Part shown: positions 12,622 to 25,132 of the stretch, one piece after another | Position numbering within the stretch: position 1 is the stretch's first letter | How the letters are laid out: every line of letters starts with the position of its first letter | Origin: Glaucostegus cemiculus | Taxonomy: Eukaryota | Direction of reading: 5' to 3' | Assembly: GCA_976551045.1 (NCBI GenBank) | Contig: CDPCPM010000054.1 | Location: forward strand, 24,366,001-24,430,000 | DNA length: 64,000 nucleotides | The notes under the pieces: model-generated | Databases searched by the model: none | Seen by the model: the letters and a program-made list of their open reading frames with translations, nothing else | What the model was told of the DNA's origin: nothing | Made by a program: the position numbers and the translations under genes

Positions 12622-12910
12622 ACAGGCCCTTTGGGGTTCACACTAACCATCAAACACTCACTGACACTAATCCTATGTTAATCCCACTGTTTTATTCTCC
12701 CCACATTCCCATCAACTCCCCCCAGATTCTACAACTCACACAGTGACCAATTAACCTGTGAACCTGCACATCTCTGGGATGTGGGAAGAAACTGAGACAC
12801 CCAGGGAAATCCACATGCAAACTCCACACAGACGGCACCTGAGGTCGGGATTGAACCCAGGTCTCTAGCGCTGTGAGGCAGTGGCTCTACCAGTTGCATC
12901 ACTGCGCCAC
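12622..12910 (-). mobile_element. tRNA-derived SINE (HE1/V-SINE-like)
   Basis: Minus-strand head ggcgcagtgatgcaactggtagagc...gggttcaatcccgacc (A and B boxes), core ttcttcccacatcccagag, CR1-like tail agggcctgtttcc. Confidence 0.85.
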
Positions 12911-13199
12911 GGGCCTTTCCACGCCGGAGCTATCCATGGCAATGACATGCAATAACCAGCAGAGCATCATTCCATGAGAGGTGATAAATGCTTGCGGTAC
13001 AAATTGATGTCTTTCCCCTCAGGTGGAGACCACCCGGGGCTTCACCAAGACTGAAAACTTTGCAACAATATGCCCAAAACATTCCCATGGATTCATCTGA
13101 AAATGCAGAAATTTTACACAATCCCATGTACAGATGGTCTGTAATGGTCTTGGTGGTCAATGTATAAACTAAATGAGCTGTTACATTCTCCGCTTCTGG

Positions 13200-13690
13200 G
13201 AAACTGCTTTACTTCTGTTTCTTTTCTCTCTCATCCTGATCTGCTCAGTTCCTTCTACACCCTCCCCAGCCCCCATCACCCTGTTTCTTTCCCCTCCTCC
13301 TTCATCACAACTGCCCATCAACCACACACTCATCCCACTTGTTCCCCTCCTCCATGACTCCCATTGGCCCTCCCCACCTCCCTCTCTTTATTCCATGCCC
13401 CACCTTCCTCTCCCAAACGACCTTTTGTCGCTTCCACCTGTCATCTCCCAGTTTCTGGTGTTATTTCCCCTCTTCTATCTGCCTTTCACCCCTCACCGGA
13501 TCCACCTATCACTTGCCAGCTCTTGCTCTACTCCATCTGTCCACCTTTGAATACTGACCATCTCCCCTCTATCTATCAATCCATATGAAAAGTTTTGACC
13601 CAAAATGCCGACTGTCCATTCCCCTCCATAGATGATGCCTGACCCACTGAGTTCCTCCAGCTTTTTCTGTGTGAACTCTTGCAGTGTCTA
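13200..13690 (+). mobile_element. Penelope-like element 3' terminal-repeat fragment with degenerate hammerhead
   Basis: C/T-rich leader, then catatgaaaagttttgacccaaaatgccgactgtccatt...gatgatgcctgacccactgagttcctccagc; same family as 21790, 24940, 32334, 42385 and 57525. Confidence 0.65.
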
Positions 13691-14304
13691 CATTTTGCAC
13701 CAATCTGCAGTGAACTCTATTTTTCAGCCTCCACATTAAAGCAATAGAGTGATGTTTGTGACAAAGACTGTCCACCATCCACCTGCTCCCTGGTGGCAGC
13801 CTCAAACTCTGTTAAGCCCCCTGGACTTCAGCTCATCTTGTCTGGGTCTCATTAGATGCTGAACCTGGACCATCAGCCATTGAGCTGAAGGACATGTGGA
13901 CACTGAAGTGCCACCATTCCCTGTCAGTAAAGAACATTCCTTTAGTATGTCCTCTGACTCTGTGACAAAACAGATGCAAAGAGCATGATAACAAGGTGTG
14001 TATGTCATTGCCAGAAGGAATCCCCACCAGGCAAGCAGTTACACAAGGATAGAATATTCATTGGCACTGAGGAAAGAGGCATGGTAAAGGACCACTTGGA
14101 AACATCTATAGCTTCTTTATCCAGAACTTCTCAGCTCCAGCAGCCTAGGTGAACCCATTGCCTTCCTGCCTATTGGAGAACCTCTCCTTCAGTCTGGATG
14201 GCCTTTGATATTGGAAGGGATCCCCTTTCTCTTGCAGGAGAAACAGTATGTATTGAGTAACCTTACCCTGCAAGGCAATGAATGAAGTTCATGGCAAAGT
14301 TGAA

Positions 14305-14815
14305 AATCAAGTTTATCGTCATACGCACAAGTACGTGTCTGCACAGGTGCAATGAAAAACTTGCAGCAGCATCACAGGCACATAGCATCATATAAGCAGC
14401 ATTATCAAGAAAAGAACATAAATTAAACATATATTATAACACATTTTACAAGAAAGGACGACACAATTAGAACAAAAAAAGTCCATTTTAGTGCAAAGTG
14501 GTCATAGTGTTGCTATACTGAAGTAGTGATTAGGATTGTGCAGGTTGGTTCAAAAACTGAATGGTTGAAGGGAAGTAGCTGTCTTGAACCTAGTGGTGTG
14601 GGACCTCAGGCTTCTGTACCTCCTGACTGACAGTAGCAGCGGAAAGATGGCATGACCGGATGGTGGAGATCTTTGATGATGAATGGTGCCTCCTTGGTGC
14701 AGTGCCTCATGTAGATACTACCAATGGTGGGGAGGGATGTGCCCTTGATATATTGGGCTGAGTCCACTATTCTCTGCAGTTTCTTACATTCCTGTGCATT
14801 CGAATGGCTATACCA
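14305..14815 (-). mobile_element. Rex/L2-like LINE 3' fragment
   Basis: Minus strand carries tggtatagcc...gtaagaaactgcagag...atcatcaaagatctccaccatccggtcatgcc and tail tgtgatgctgctgcaag...gacgataaacttga; plus-strand tail copy at 19915-20042. Confidence 0.75.
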
Positions 14816-16369
14816 GTAACTATCTTATAATTGATGAATATTGTAGTTCAGTACTTGTGTCTAAATGTGTGATGTGAGTTCTGATACTCTTAAGTAATGA
14901 GATGTATTGAGTAGCTGGAGATATACACTCCCAGCAAGATCAAGGGTCCCTTCCAGTTCCAAAGGCTTAGAAGACTGAAAATACAATGAATGGCATTAAT
15001 AATTTTAGTGTTTCTAATGGTCAAATACACCCCGTTAATTAAGATACTTATTGCACCTCATATGTAAAATCCCCTAATCTGTTATAAAAAAGGCAATATC
15101 AACATAATATCCTTCATAGGAATTCTCAATAGATCAAGAGAAGAATAGAATAGAATATTTAAGCCAAATGAATTCAAATTCATGTTTTAATGCTGACGAG
15201 GAAAGGTGTTGCTATTTTTAAATTGTCATTACATCATCAAATTGAACAAGCAACAGGCTTCTCACTAAAGATATGCAGAGTTTCAAAATATGTTTTCCTT
15301 GATCTGCATATCCTTATGCTGAGAGTTTTAGAATGCCATGGTATTCATTTATAACTACTTGACTGACAATAAATTCAAAACATTTTGAATTTGTTCAGAG
15401 AAGAGGGTCATAATGCCCCAAAATTTTGGCACCCACCTTTACATGTTTACAAATCTGGCTAGGCCTCATTTGAATAGAATTTATTGAAATGAATAGAATT
15501 GATTTTAAGAGCTGCCACTATTAGCATGCGACTCTATGTGTGTTGTATCTATCTTCTCCTCATGTTTAAATTTGCTGCTTTAAGTGGCTTCTCATTTATT
15601 TCAGATAGAAAATTTGTGCTGATGTAAATGACTGATTAATGCTAATCACTGAGTTAGTGTACAGCCATACCACAGGGGTTTTCGAAAATGTCACAAAAAC
15701 ATGCAGAGAAACTTTGGTAATAAATATCTTTCTCGTGACTTGAATTTTGTGTGTGACCATTGGGGATGAGTTATGGAAAAGTTGAGTCATTTTGTTTTCA
15801 TTTGTTTTTCTAGTTCAACATTGAAACCTTGCTTAAGAGAATGGAGCACTTGGGTTGCATTTGGATAGGAATTATTGATGAAGAAAGACAAAGATTTATC
15901 TTGTCCTTCCATCATTCATGTAACAACATTGTGTGACAACAAAGGGTTTGTTGACCAAACTTCTGAAGTAACTAGTCTATAGTAGGCCCACATAAGATGA
16001 GGAAATCTCAAGAGGACAGAACTTTGTCCAAAGTGACCTGTTTCTACCTACAACATCTTACCGTATCTTTTAGAGCACTTATAAACTGTGCTCAGAAATC
16101 TTCTTTGAAAAGATCTAACTTGTATTTCGATGAATCAATAGGATTTCACGAGGAGCCTGTTCCAGACATTTATCAGGGATTCACTGAAACACTGGGCTGG
16201 ATTTTCACCCCTAATAATGGATGCATTGAGGTTGTGTTAGATTTTTAATTTTTAATATGACCTGACCCTAACTCAATGGAGTTAGAAAAAGAGATGAACA
16301 GCCAGCTGATGCTCAGAAGTGGATCGGCAATTGAAATATTTTAATATAGTCATTATTGTCTCAGAGCAA

Positions 16370-16472
16370 TGGAAGCTGGAGCAACAGACAAGATGCTGGA
16401 GGAACTCAATATGTCAGGCAACATCTATGGAGGGAAATGGGCAGTCAACATTATGAGTCGAAACCCTTCATG
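16370..16472 (-). mobile_element. Penelope-like terminal-repeat fragment
   Basis: gatgctggaggaactcaa...atctatggagggaaatgggcagtcaacattatgagtcgaaacccttcatg is the reverse complement of the family motif. Confidence 0.65.
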
Positions 16473-16535
16473 AAGCTTGACCCACAAAATACCACAGTGC
16501 TGGATGTCTTATATAAATACAGAAAATGCCAGATA

Positions 16536-16768
16536 NNNNNNNNNNNNNNNNNNNNNNNNNNNNNNNNNNNNNNNNNNNNNNNNNNNNNNNNNNNNNNNNN
16601 NNNNNNNNNNNNNNNNNNNNNNNNNNNNNNNNNNNNNNNNNNNNNNNNNNNNNNNNNNNNNNNNNNNNNNNNNNNNNNNNNNNNNNNNNNNNNNNNNNNN
16701 NNNNNNNNNNNNNNNNNNNNNNNNNNNNNNNNNNNNNNNNNNNNNNNNNNNNNNNNNNNNNNNNNNNN
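16536..16768. other. Assembly gap (233 N)
   Basis: Run of n characters. Confidence 1.
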
Positions 16769-18459
16769 CGATAAACAGTTCACCTTTCTATTTCATTTTT
16801 TTTTAGGTTTAATGGTTGACAACAATGATTAAAATCCAGCAGCTGTTGGTGAGCCTAGCTTTGGGGAGAGGGTCACTCCCTTTGGAACACTGGTTCTGAG
16901 TCAAGAGCAGCAGACATCCCCTCACGCACCCCGCCATACTAACCTGCACAAAGCTGGAGTCACAGGTTACCCGTCCTCAGATTAGTTGCCCAGGGGCAAC
17001 TACCCAAGAGTGAGTGCTCACCAACTTAGGTCAAGAATCAGCCTGGCCTATGGCAGCTCAGAGGTTGGATCTCGGCCTTGAGGTCAGGAAAATTAAGGGA
17101 AACAAGGGAGAAAAGGTTCATGCAGGTAAAAGGCACTGAGCTGCAAGATTACCATGATCCTTTGAGTGGCAGAGAAGGTGGAGGACTGAGAGTCCTGCTC
17201 ATATTTCTATCTTTTATGTTCCTACATTGGACACTGAAATGCCTAGCAAACCATTTAGTTGTTTTAAACAAAGTAAAATATGAATAAGACAGGATGTGCT
17301 ATTTTGAATCAGCCATGGCATTTGACTTGGATATGATCGTCATTCTGAGCCCAGTTATCCTAGCAAATATTTGAAAGTAAGAAGAGTAAAATGGGAAGAT
17401 GAGAGTGGCCTTACAGCTAACATAAAGAGAACTTATGCTGTCTAAGCACAAGTAAATAGGAGCAGGAGTCAGCCACCTGATCCTTCAAGCTTGTTCCACC
17501 ACTCAATGTGATCATGGTTGATCTATCCTAGCCTTCAACATCTCTTCTACACACAGATCAAGAGTAAACAGAAATGAAGTGCAACTAATTATGGACAAAG
17601 TCACTCAGAGTGCAACCACTCTTTGTGAGCTACTCTCAGCAGATCTATTCATTACATTTATTATAATCATTCAGCTCTCTTCAATCTCAATTCTATGAAT
17701 TTATATTCTACATTCTGTTATAGCTTTTCCTTTTGTACTACCTTGATGTATGTATGTATGGAATGATCCATCTGAATGTTATGCAAACAAAGCTTTTCGC
17801 TGTATCTGGGTACATGTGACAATCATCAACCAATTCTCGCAAAGTCAGAATGAAGTTCAAAAGTGCAAGATGAGTGTTTTACATCTGAAGTTACCAAGGC
17901 AGAATGTGATAAAGGAAGGGATAAAATCAGTCAGGAGGAGGCACTAGGAGTGTTGGGTGTAGACACATCACCTAGTCAAGAAGAGAGGCATCTAAGGTTG
18001 TTGAAGGAAGAAAGGTGGAATTACTGGCAGTAATACTCCAATCATATAGAGGTGGAGTGAGAGACTGGAAAATTACAAAGATTATACTCTTGTTCAAAAA
18101 AAAGGAGCAGGGATAAGTACAGAAAGGAAAGGCCAATCTGTTCAATCTCAGAAGAAAGGAAAGTTTTAGAAACAACAATCCAGGACATAGTTAACTGCCA
18201 CTTGGATGAACATGGATTAAGTTAGCTGAAGCCACCACAGATTTATAAAAGGTAAATTATGTTATTCTGAAGTAATATTGTGCGTTGGTAAGAGAAGAGA
18301 GATTGCACAATGTAAATGGTGGTGCTCCCAGGCAGTGAAGGCTAGTGAATGACAAAAGTAATGCCTTGAGAAGGTGAATGTGGAAAGGGAATGAAATCAC
18401 CAGAAGAAAATAAAATGAACAACTGAATGCTGAGATAAAGGACTGGAGTGATTGGTTAT

Positions 18460-18710
18460 GTGAAATATTGAATTTATGTTGTGTCCAAAAGGCTGTACTG
18501 TGTCAAGCTGGGAGATGCGGTGCTGAACTTCCTCTGGGCTTCATTGGAACCATCTTAACCATTGGAGGCCAAAGACAGAGAGGTCTAAGTGGAAGTGGGA
18601 TGTATAGTAAAGTGAAAGGCAACTAAAAGCTCATGGTCGGTTTTGCAGAGGGAGTAGAATTGTTTAGTAGAATGATCACCTAATTTACTATTGGTTTTCC
18701 CATTATAGAA
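18460..18710 (-). pseudogene. Decayed GIY-YIG endonuclease C-terminus of a Penelope-like element
   Basis: My minus-strand translation gives FYNGKTNSKLGDHSTKQFYSLCKTDHELLVAFHF, which aligns by eye with the PLE pattern YIGET.R.LG.RF.EH..S...D..LPVA.HF; decayed end ...cagccttttggacacaacataaattcaatatttc. Confidence 0.65.
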
Positions 18711-18819
18711 TGCAGAAAACAGAAAGTGGGCACAGACTCAGAAGGACCAAATAGTTCCTTATACTGTTACCCTTCAATGATTTTCCATTCCATTCCTTTT
18801 GTGTATCACTGTAATTATG

Positions 18820-19800
18820 CTAAGTGGGAGAGGTTTACAACAGATCTAGCAGCATGAAATTGGTATTCAAGAGAGCTGTGAGGGATCAGCAGTAGGAGAA
18901 GTATATTCCACCTCAGGATCTAGCCTCCTACCCTTATAAGGCGACCAACACTGGTTCACCGAGGAGTGTAGAAAGGTGAGCCCAGAGCAACTCCAGACTT
19001 ACCTAAAAGTGAAGTGCCATTTTAGCATATCTGCTTCACAGGACCTATGCATGTGCTGACCAGCAAAAGCAGCATCCAATAGACAGCTTTAAGCAATTCC
19101 CTCAAGAAGAGATCAGATGAAAGCTCTGCAGTATTGCTGAATCCAGTGAGAAATGGTCGTGAACAAATAAAAATCTAATGAGAATGTCACCATTCTTAAA
19201 GAAGACAGATCCAGTATTAACTATCACTTTAAGCCAGAAGTACATTTTTGGCTTCCTGTTGAGGTATCATTGACACCTGCTTTCAACATTTGACTAAGTG
19301 TGGCATCAATGAGACCCAGTTAAAATGAAGTCAGTGGGCAGTGGGGAGAAAACATACCTCCTGCTGAAGATAGTTATGGTTCCTCATACGAAAAATGGTC
19401 CTGGTTGCTGGTTGTCAATCATCTTAACCCCAGGGCATTGCTGCAATAACCTGCACTGATCTAGGCCTGCTTATCTGGCACTCTATCTATCACACTAAAC
19501 AATTGTTTCCTCAACCAAAGGCATACTACAGCTGTATGTTGCACTGAAGTAACTCACCAAATCTCAATCAAATCTACGTATTTATTGGAGGAACAACACA
19601 TCAGCCACATGGAAACACCAGCACCCTGATTCCAAGTACATCCCCATACCTTCATTGTCACTGGGTCTGAAACCTAGATCTTCATCCTCAATAGCAGTGT
19701 GGAGCAGTAGAAGATTCTTGTGGCTCACCACCAGCTTCTCCGGGACAATTAGGGATGGACAATAAATCCTGGCCTCACCAACAATATCCATGTCTCATAA
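18820..19800 (+). mobile_element. Highly degenerate old LINE with internal deletions
   Basis: acagatctagcagc...cagcagtaggagaagtatattccac...ctggttcaccgaggagtg; 3' end gctcaccaccagcttctccgggacaattagggatggacaataaat. Confidence 0.55.
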
Positions 19801-21789
19801 AAGAATATAAAAAAAACCTTTCCTTCTTAACATAACAAAGCTATTCAGTAACAATGTGAACAGTGTTAAACTTTATTTCTGCCACGTTATCGTGATCTGT
19901 TTCTAGATTTGGTAGGTTATGTACAATTTATGTTCTGTGTGTTGTCTGAACCTTTGTACCTGTGATGCTGCTGCAAGTAAGTTTTTTATTGTACCTGTAC
20001 CTCACCATACTTGTGCATATGACAATAAAATTGACTTGACTTACCTTTCTCACTCTGGTAACCCAAGACAGAACCCAGCTGAGCACTTTTGCAGCATTTG
20101 TGGTCATGTGGTTAAGCATGAGGTGGCTGACCCTTCTCAAGGAGAAGGTAGGAGAATGAGGTTGAGAGGGAAAAATAAATCAGCCATGATTGAATGGCGG
20201 AGCAATTTTGATGGGCTGAATGACCTAATTCTGCTCCTATGTCTTATGGTCTATTTCTGTTTTCATGGTCACTACTTTATCTTGTTATTTATTTCCCTTC
20301 TCGGTATATCTAAATGACTGTTTTATTGCCATTCAGTTCTTTTGCCATATTCAATTTGAAAATTTGAATTGTGTTCTGAATCCTTATTTAAAGACTTAGC
20401 CTCTTGGTATTAAATCTATCTTAATTTTGTACCATATTCAAGTCTGCCAGACTCACTCTGACAAGACAACTAAACCACATAAAATTTGTCATCTTCAAAT
20501 TTGATAATTTTGTTTGGGTTATTATAACCCCACCAATCCTTGTTATGTCAAATGTGATCACATTATGATCAGTGGTGTTTAAAGACTCATTCATCTTTGT
20601 TTTGGGGATTAGATCATCTCTTATAATCATTTCTAAGATATTTTATGCCCTAACTGGCTCTTTTGTAACCTGAATCCAAGAAGAAACATTTGTTCGTTGC
20701 TGTTCCTTATACACCATTAATGTGTACCTTTCAATTAAAGTTCAATGGAAATCTATTTCAATGAAGATCAGAGACTTATGGCCTGAATCACATTTTCCTT
20801 CTTGGTCTTCTGGGTGTCTGATGCCTTAATGCACTGAGGTACTCAGATATGTATAGCCAGCGGCATGGAGAGTTTGGTCTTTGTGTACAATAGAATTTTG
20901 CAGCAGTATTCCGTTGTCAGATACTGCACATCATCAACTTAATTTCCAAGTGCCAAGGCATTTCTGTACACTTTTTGGCACAGTAAACTTCTGTTAACTT
21001 AATGCCTTCCAGCTTCTACAGTTGGCTTAGATTGGTCAACGTCCTCTCCTTGTCCCACAGTTTCTCATTCAGGCTGTGACTCTTGCTCGGAAACCTACAG
21101 CACATGACCAGTTACATCAACTTCTGATATCAACTATTGATACTAACCAAAGTGATACTGTTTCTCTCCTGTCCTCTTTATATCATATATGGTTGTACGT
21201 TTTGTAATATCACATCCATTTCTTTTGATTCTGTCCATTTTAACCAATTTATGAACATTCAGGTATTCTGAACACCCTCATCTCATTGATAAGAATTATT
21301 CCATTCTGTGAGGCTCTGATGTCCAATCTATGAATGATTGCAAGATGTTCCAAGTGAAACATTTTGTTTATCAGATTTCTTGCATAAATGCAATCTCAGC
21401 TCTGATATTCTCCCACCATTCCCTTTTTTTTTTCCAAATTCTTGCTTTGTCTTTCTCCCACTGTTGGAATAAGACTTAACTTTTGTTTATGCCTCCACAG
21501 CTGTGCCTTAAGACTAGCTCTCCAGCACTTACTGCAGCTACAGAGATTCTACTTGAACATGTACACTAACATGCTGAACGTATTTATAGTTGAGTTATTT
21601 ATGGTTGAGTTATTCAAGAACAGCTTGGACAACTGCCTCCTAATCCTCTTTCTTCCTTTTCCTTCCTCTTCCTTCTCCTCCTCCACTGATGTTTGTCATA
21701 GTAGATATTGTAAACCCTCATGATGGAATGTTTGTGCTGCACATTGAATCATCAGACCCAGTCAGCTGGGTATTGCAGAGCTTCTCCAG

Positions 21790-22090
21790 CGTGGTCCATG
21801 GTTTGCAGCCCTTTGTTCTCTCCACTTTTTTACCTCCCAGCTTCTGTCATTATCTCCACCCTTCCATCCCCCAGCTGATACCATCTTCCCATCAACTCCT
21901 CCTCACCTGGATCCACCTACTGCTTGCTAGCTCCTTCCTTGCCCTTGCCTCACCTCTTTATACTGGATATCTCCCTTTTGCACTCTAATTCCTGATACAG
22001 GGTCTTGACTTAAAATGTCGACCATCCCTCTGCCTCCACAAAAGCTGCCTGATCTACCAAATTCCTCCAGCAGCTTGTTTTTTTGCGCTA
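21790..22090 (+). mobile_element. Penelope-like terminal-repeat fragment with degenerate hammerhead
   Basis: C/T leader matching 13480-13570, then cctgatacagggtcttgacttaaaatgtcgacc...gctgcctgatctaccaaattcctccagc. Confidence 0.65.
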
Positions 22091-22147
22091 GTGATGTGCT
22101 TTATTCAATTGTGTCTGGATTGCAAACAAGAGTCAATCTTGTATATG

Positions 22148-22325
22148 TGGGGGCAGATAGATTAGGGACATTTAAAAGGCTCTTAGATAGACACATAAAT
22201 AATAGAGAAACTGAGAGCTATGTGGGAGGGAAGGGTCAGATAGATCTTAGAGCAGGATAACATGTTGGCACATTGTGGGCCGGAGAACCTGTACTGTGCT
22301 GTAGTGTTCTATGTTTTATGTTCAT
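22148..22325 (+). mobile_element. CR1 3' tail
   Basis: gggacatttaaaaggctcttagatagacac...gtgggccggagaacctgtactgtgctgtagtgttctatg. Confidence 0.75.
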
Positions 22326-22409
22326 ATCCACAGCATTTAGCTCCTGTTACTCAGTAGCCACACTTTAGTTGTCCATAGTGATTCAAGTACAGATCACACA
22401 CAATAAAGT

Positions 22410-22745
22410 CATAAACTGAAAGAGCATGGAAACAGGCCCTTTGGCCCACCAAGTCCATGCCAACCGTCAACCACCCATTTACACTAATCCTACATTAATC
22501 CCATTTTTTATTCTCCCCATATTCTCATCAACTCCCCCCAGATTCTACCACTCACCTACACACCAGAGGCCCATTAACCTATCAATCTGCATGTCTTTTT
22601 GTGGGAGGAAAATGGAGCATCCAGAGGAAACCTACTCAGTTATAGGGAGAACATGCAAACTCTACACAGACAGCACCAGAAGTCAGGATCGAACTCAGAT
22701 CTCTGGCACTGTGAAGCAGTGGCTGTACCAGCTGCACCACTATGC
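22410..22745 (-). mobile_element. tRNA-derived SINE (HE1/V-SINE-like)
   Basis: Same family as 12622-12910; head ggcatagtggtgcagctggtacagcc...gagttcgatcctgac. Confidence 0.85.
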
Positions 22746-23319
22746 CAGTCTGCACCCCCCGCAGACTGTGACAAGATGAAAACGTCATGAGTCCTGCTGA
22801 ATTCTGTGCATTAATGAGACAGATGCCTTTGGTCACCTTACAGCTGAACTCCCAGATGATAGTGATTCAATTTCAAATCAATAAGTGGTGCTCACAGAGC
22901 AATGGACATGCAGTGAATGGCACCCTGTACTGTAAGGAAGCCTGTAATCCTCCAGAAATTGTATGCTTAATCTACCTGTTGCACTTGGGAAGGAGAAGAT
23001 GAAATGTAGTCAGCTCTTTTACAACAGAGTGCTGCTTACCACAAACTTTGAGATATTGCAGTTATCAGCAGCTCAAGCATGGAAGGAACCTACCAATAAA
23101 TATTCAGAGCAATAGTGATATTGAAGTTTTAACACTTTGGCCTTCACCCTGTTCTGAATTTGGAGTTGGGGTTGAAGCAGTGGCATAATTTAATGAAGAC
23201 ATTACATCTGAGGCAATGGAGTCTCACACACTGTTCCAGGTCAAAGTATTGCTTCCTGAAGTCCGGGATGGATATATTCTCCTATGAAGAACCCTCCCAC
23301 TTCCTGCTCCTGCTCCTCC

Positions 23320-23553
23320 ATCAGAATCAGAATCAGGTTTACTATCATTGACGTATTTTGTGAAATTTGTTGTTTTGCAGCAGCAGTACAGTGCAAGACA
23401 TAAAAATTACTATGTTACAAAATAAATAAATAAACAGTGCGAAAGAGGACTAACGAGGCAGTGTTCATGAGTTCATGGACTGTTCACAAATCTGATGGTG
23501 AAAGGGAAGAAGCTGTTCCTAAAATCTTGAATGTGAGTCTTCAGTCTCCTGTA
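23320..23553 (-). mobile_element. Rex/L2-like LINE 3' tail
   Basis: (atcaga)n ggtttactatca...tgaaatttgttgttttgcagcagcagtacagtgca...gggaagaagctgttcct. Confidence 0.7.
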
Positions 23554-23599
23554 CTCACTGTGCTATCTGCTAACTCTCCCAGTCAGAATCTAATGCTCT

Positions 23600-24073
23600 T
23601 ATAAGACCATAAGATATAGGAACAGAATAAGGCCATTCAGCTTATCAAGCCTGCTCCACCATTCAGTCATGGCTGATTTTGTTTTGTCAACCCCATTTTC
23701 AGGCCTTCTCCCCGTAACCCTTAATCCCTTCACTAATCAAGAACCTATCACTCTCTGCGTTACACCCAACGACTTTGCCTCCACAGCCCCCCATGGCAAT
23801 GAATTCCACAAATTCACCACCCTCTGGCTGAAGAAATTCTTCCTCAACTCAGTTTTAAAGGGACGTCCCTTTATTCTGAGGCCGTGCCCCTGGATCCTCG
23901 CCTCTCCTACTAATAGAAACATGCTCTCCATGTTCGCTATATCCAGGCCTTACAGTATTTGGTAGGTTTCAATGTGATCCCCCCTCATCCTTCTGAACTC
24001 CATCAAGTCCAAGCCCAGAGACATCAAATGCTCCTCATACATTAAGCCTTTCATTCCTAGGATCATTCCTCAT
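23600..24073 (-). mobile_element. CR1-type LINE 3' fragment
   Basis: GHGLRIKGRPFKTELRKNFFSQRVVNLWNSLP; ...tcttatggtcttat tail. Confidence 0.9.
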
Positions 24074-24939
24074 GTCTGGGAGGAACAGGTTTGTGCAGAA
24101 ACCTTAAAATCTTTCAATAGTTTGTAAACTTTAACAAATTCTAGAAGGAAATAAAACCCTTGTAACAGCATGTAAAAGTCCATTAGCAACAAAAACATGC
24201 AAATGCAGAAAATCATGTCAGTACTTCTGGAATATTAACATTTCATCAGTCCCAATAAGATTAATTATATTTATTTTAGTGAGGCAATTATGTTAGCTGA
24301 AGGGATTCTCTCTGGATTCTTCAATGAGGATCTTTAACAAACATCAGAATGGATAACGGATGCATTCAAAGCTACAGGCCAAGATCTATGATGGGGGATT
24401 AACCATAATGACTTATTTTTAGCTTGCATAGATATGATGGACTAAATAACCTCCTCTATGTGCTATAAATTTCAATGTTTCCATGATTTTATGTGTGGAT
24501 AATAAGGTCCCTTTTCTATTGAGTGTCATCGCCAGGCAACATTTGCACACCATGAGGTGTAGTCCTACGAGGCCAATAAGTCATAATGGTGTCACGGTGG
24601 GTAAATCACTTGATCAGTGATCTCCAGCCTGGACTAAATCCTGAGTTCAAATCCTAATGTGGCAACTGTCGAATTTAAATTCAGTTGATAATTTTGAATT
24701 ATAATGAAAATGGTCTTTTGCAATACTGACCACAAATTGTATGGGGTGTTGTAAAAACCCTTCTAAATTAGAGGTAGAATTCTATTGAGCTTACCTGACC
24801 TTTACGTGACTCCAGACCCTCCAACATGTTTGCCTTTGAACTGGCCAGTGGATTCTGTTCAAGGACAATTAGGGATGGACAATAAATGTTGGCAATGCCC
24901 ATGATAAACAGATCTCAAACAACGAATGGAAAAGCAAAT

Positions 24940-25132
24940 GGAGACACAAGAGACTGCAGATGCTGGAATCTGGAGCAACAAACAAATGCTGGAGGAACTC
25001 AGCAGGTCAGACATCATCTGTGAAGGGAAATGGACTCAGTCCACATGAAGGGTCTCAACCCGAAATGTCGACTGTCCATTTCCCTCCACAAATGCTGCCT
25101 GACTCACTGAATTCCTCCAGGATCCTGTTTGT
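24940..25132. mobile_element. Penelope-like inverted (fold-back) terminal repeat around a hammerhead-like core
   Basis: Left arm ...aacaaacaaatgctggaggaactcagcaggtcagacatcatctgtgaagggaaatggac is an imperfect reverse complement of right arm gtccatttccctccacaaatgctgcctgactcactgaattcctccaggatcctgtttgtt. Confidence 0.75.

Noticed and set aside
12840-12910. tRNA genes at SINE heads (also ~29840-29912, ~33160-33230, ~36510-36573)
   Set aside because: A/B boxes are present, but they continue into SINE core and tail with no full cloverleaf
16356-16832. ORFs of 82-158 aa
   Set aside because: Artefacts of reading through the N gap
16983-17002. Palindrome tagttgccc-ag-gggcaacta as an RFX X-box
   Set aside because: The spacer between half-sites is 4 bp, longer than the usual X-box spacing, and it is an isolated occurrence
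20760-21500. Possible very old LINE endonuclease remnant on the minus strand (AEIAFMQE)
   Set aside because: Only one short motif, too decayed to assign
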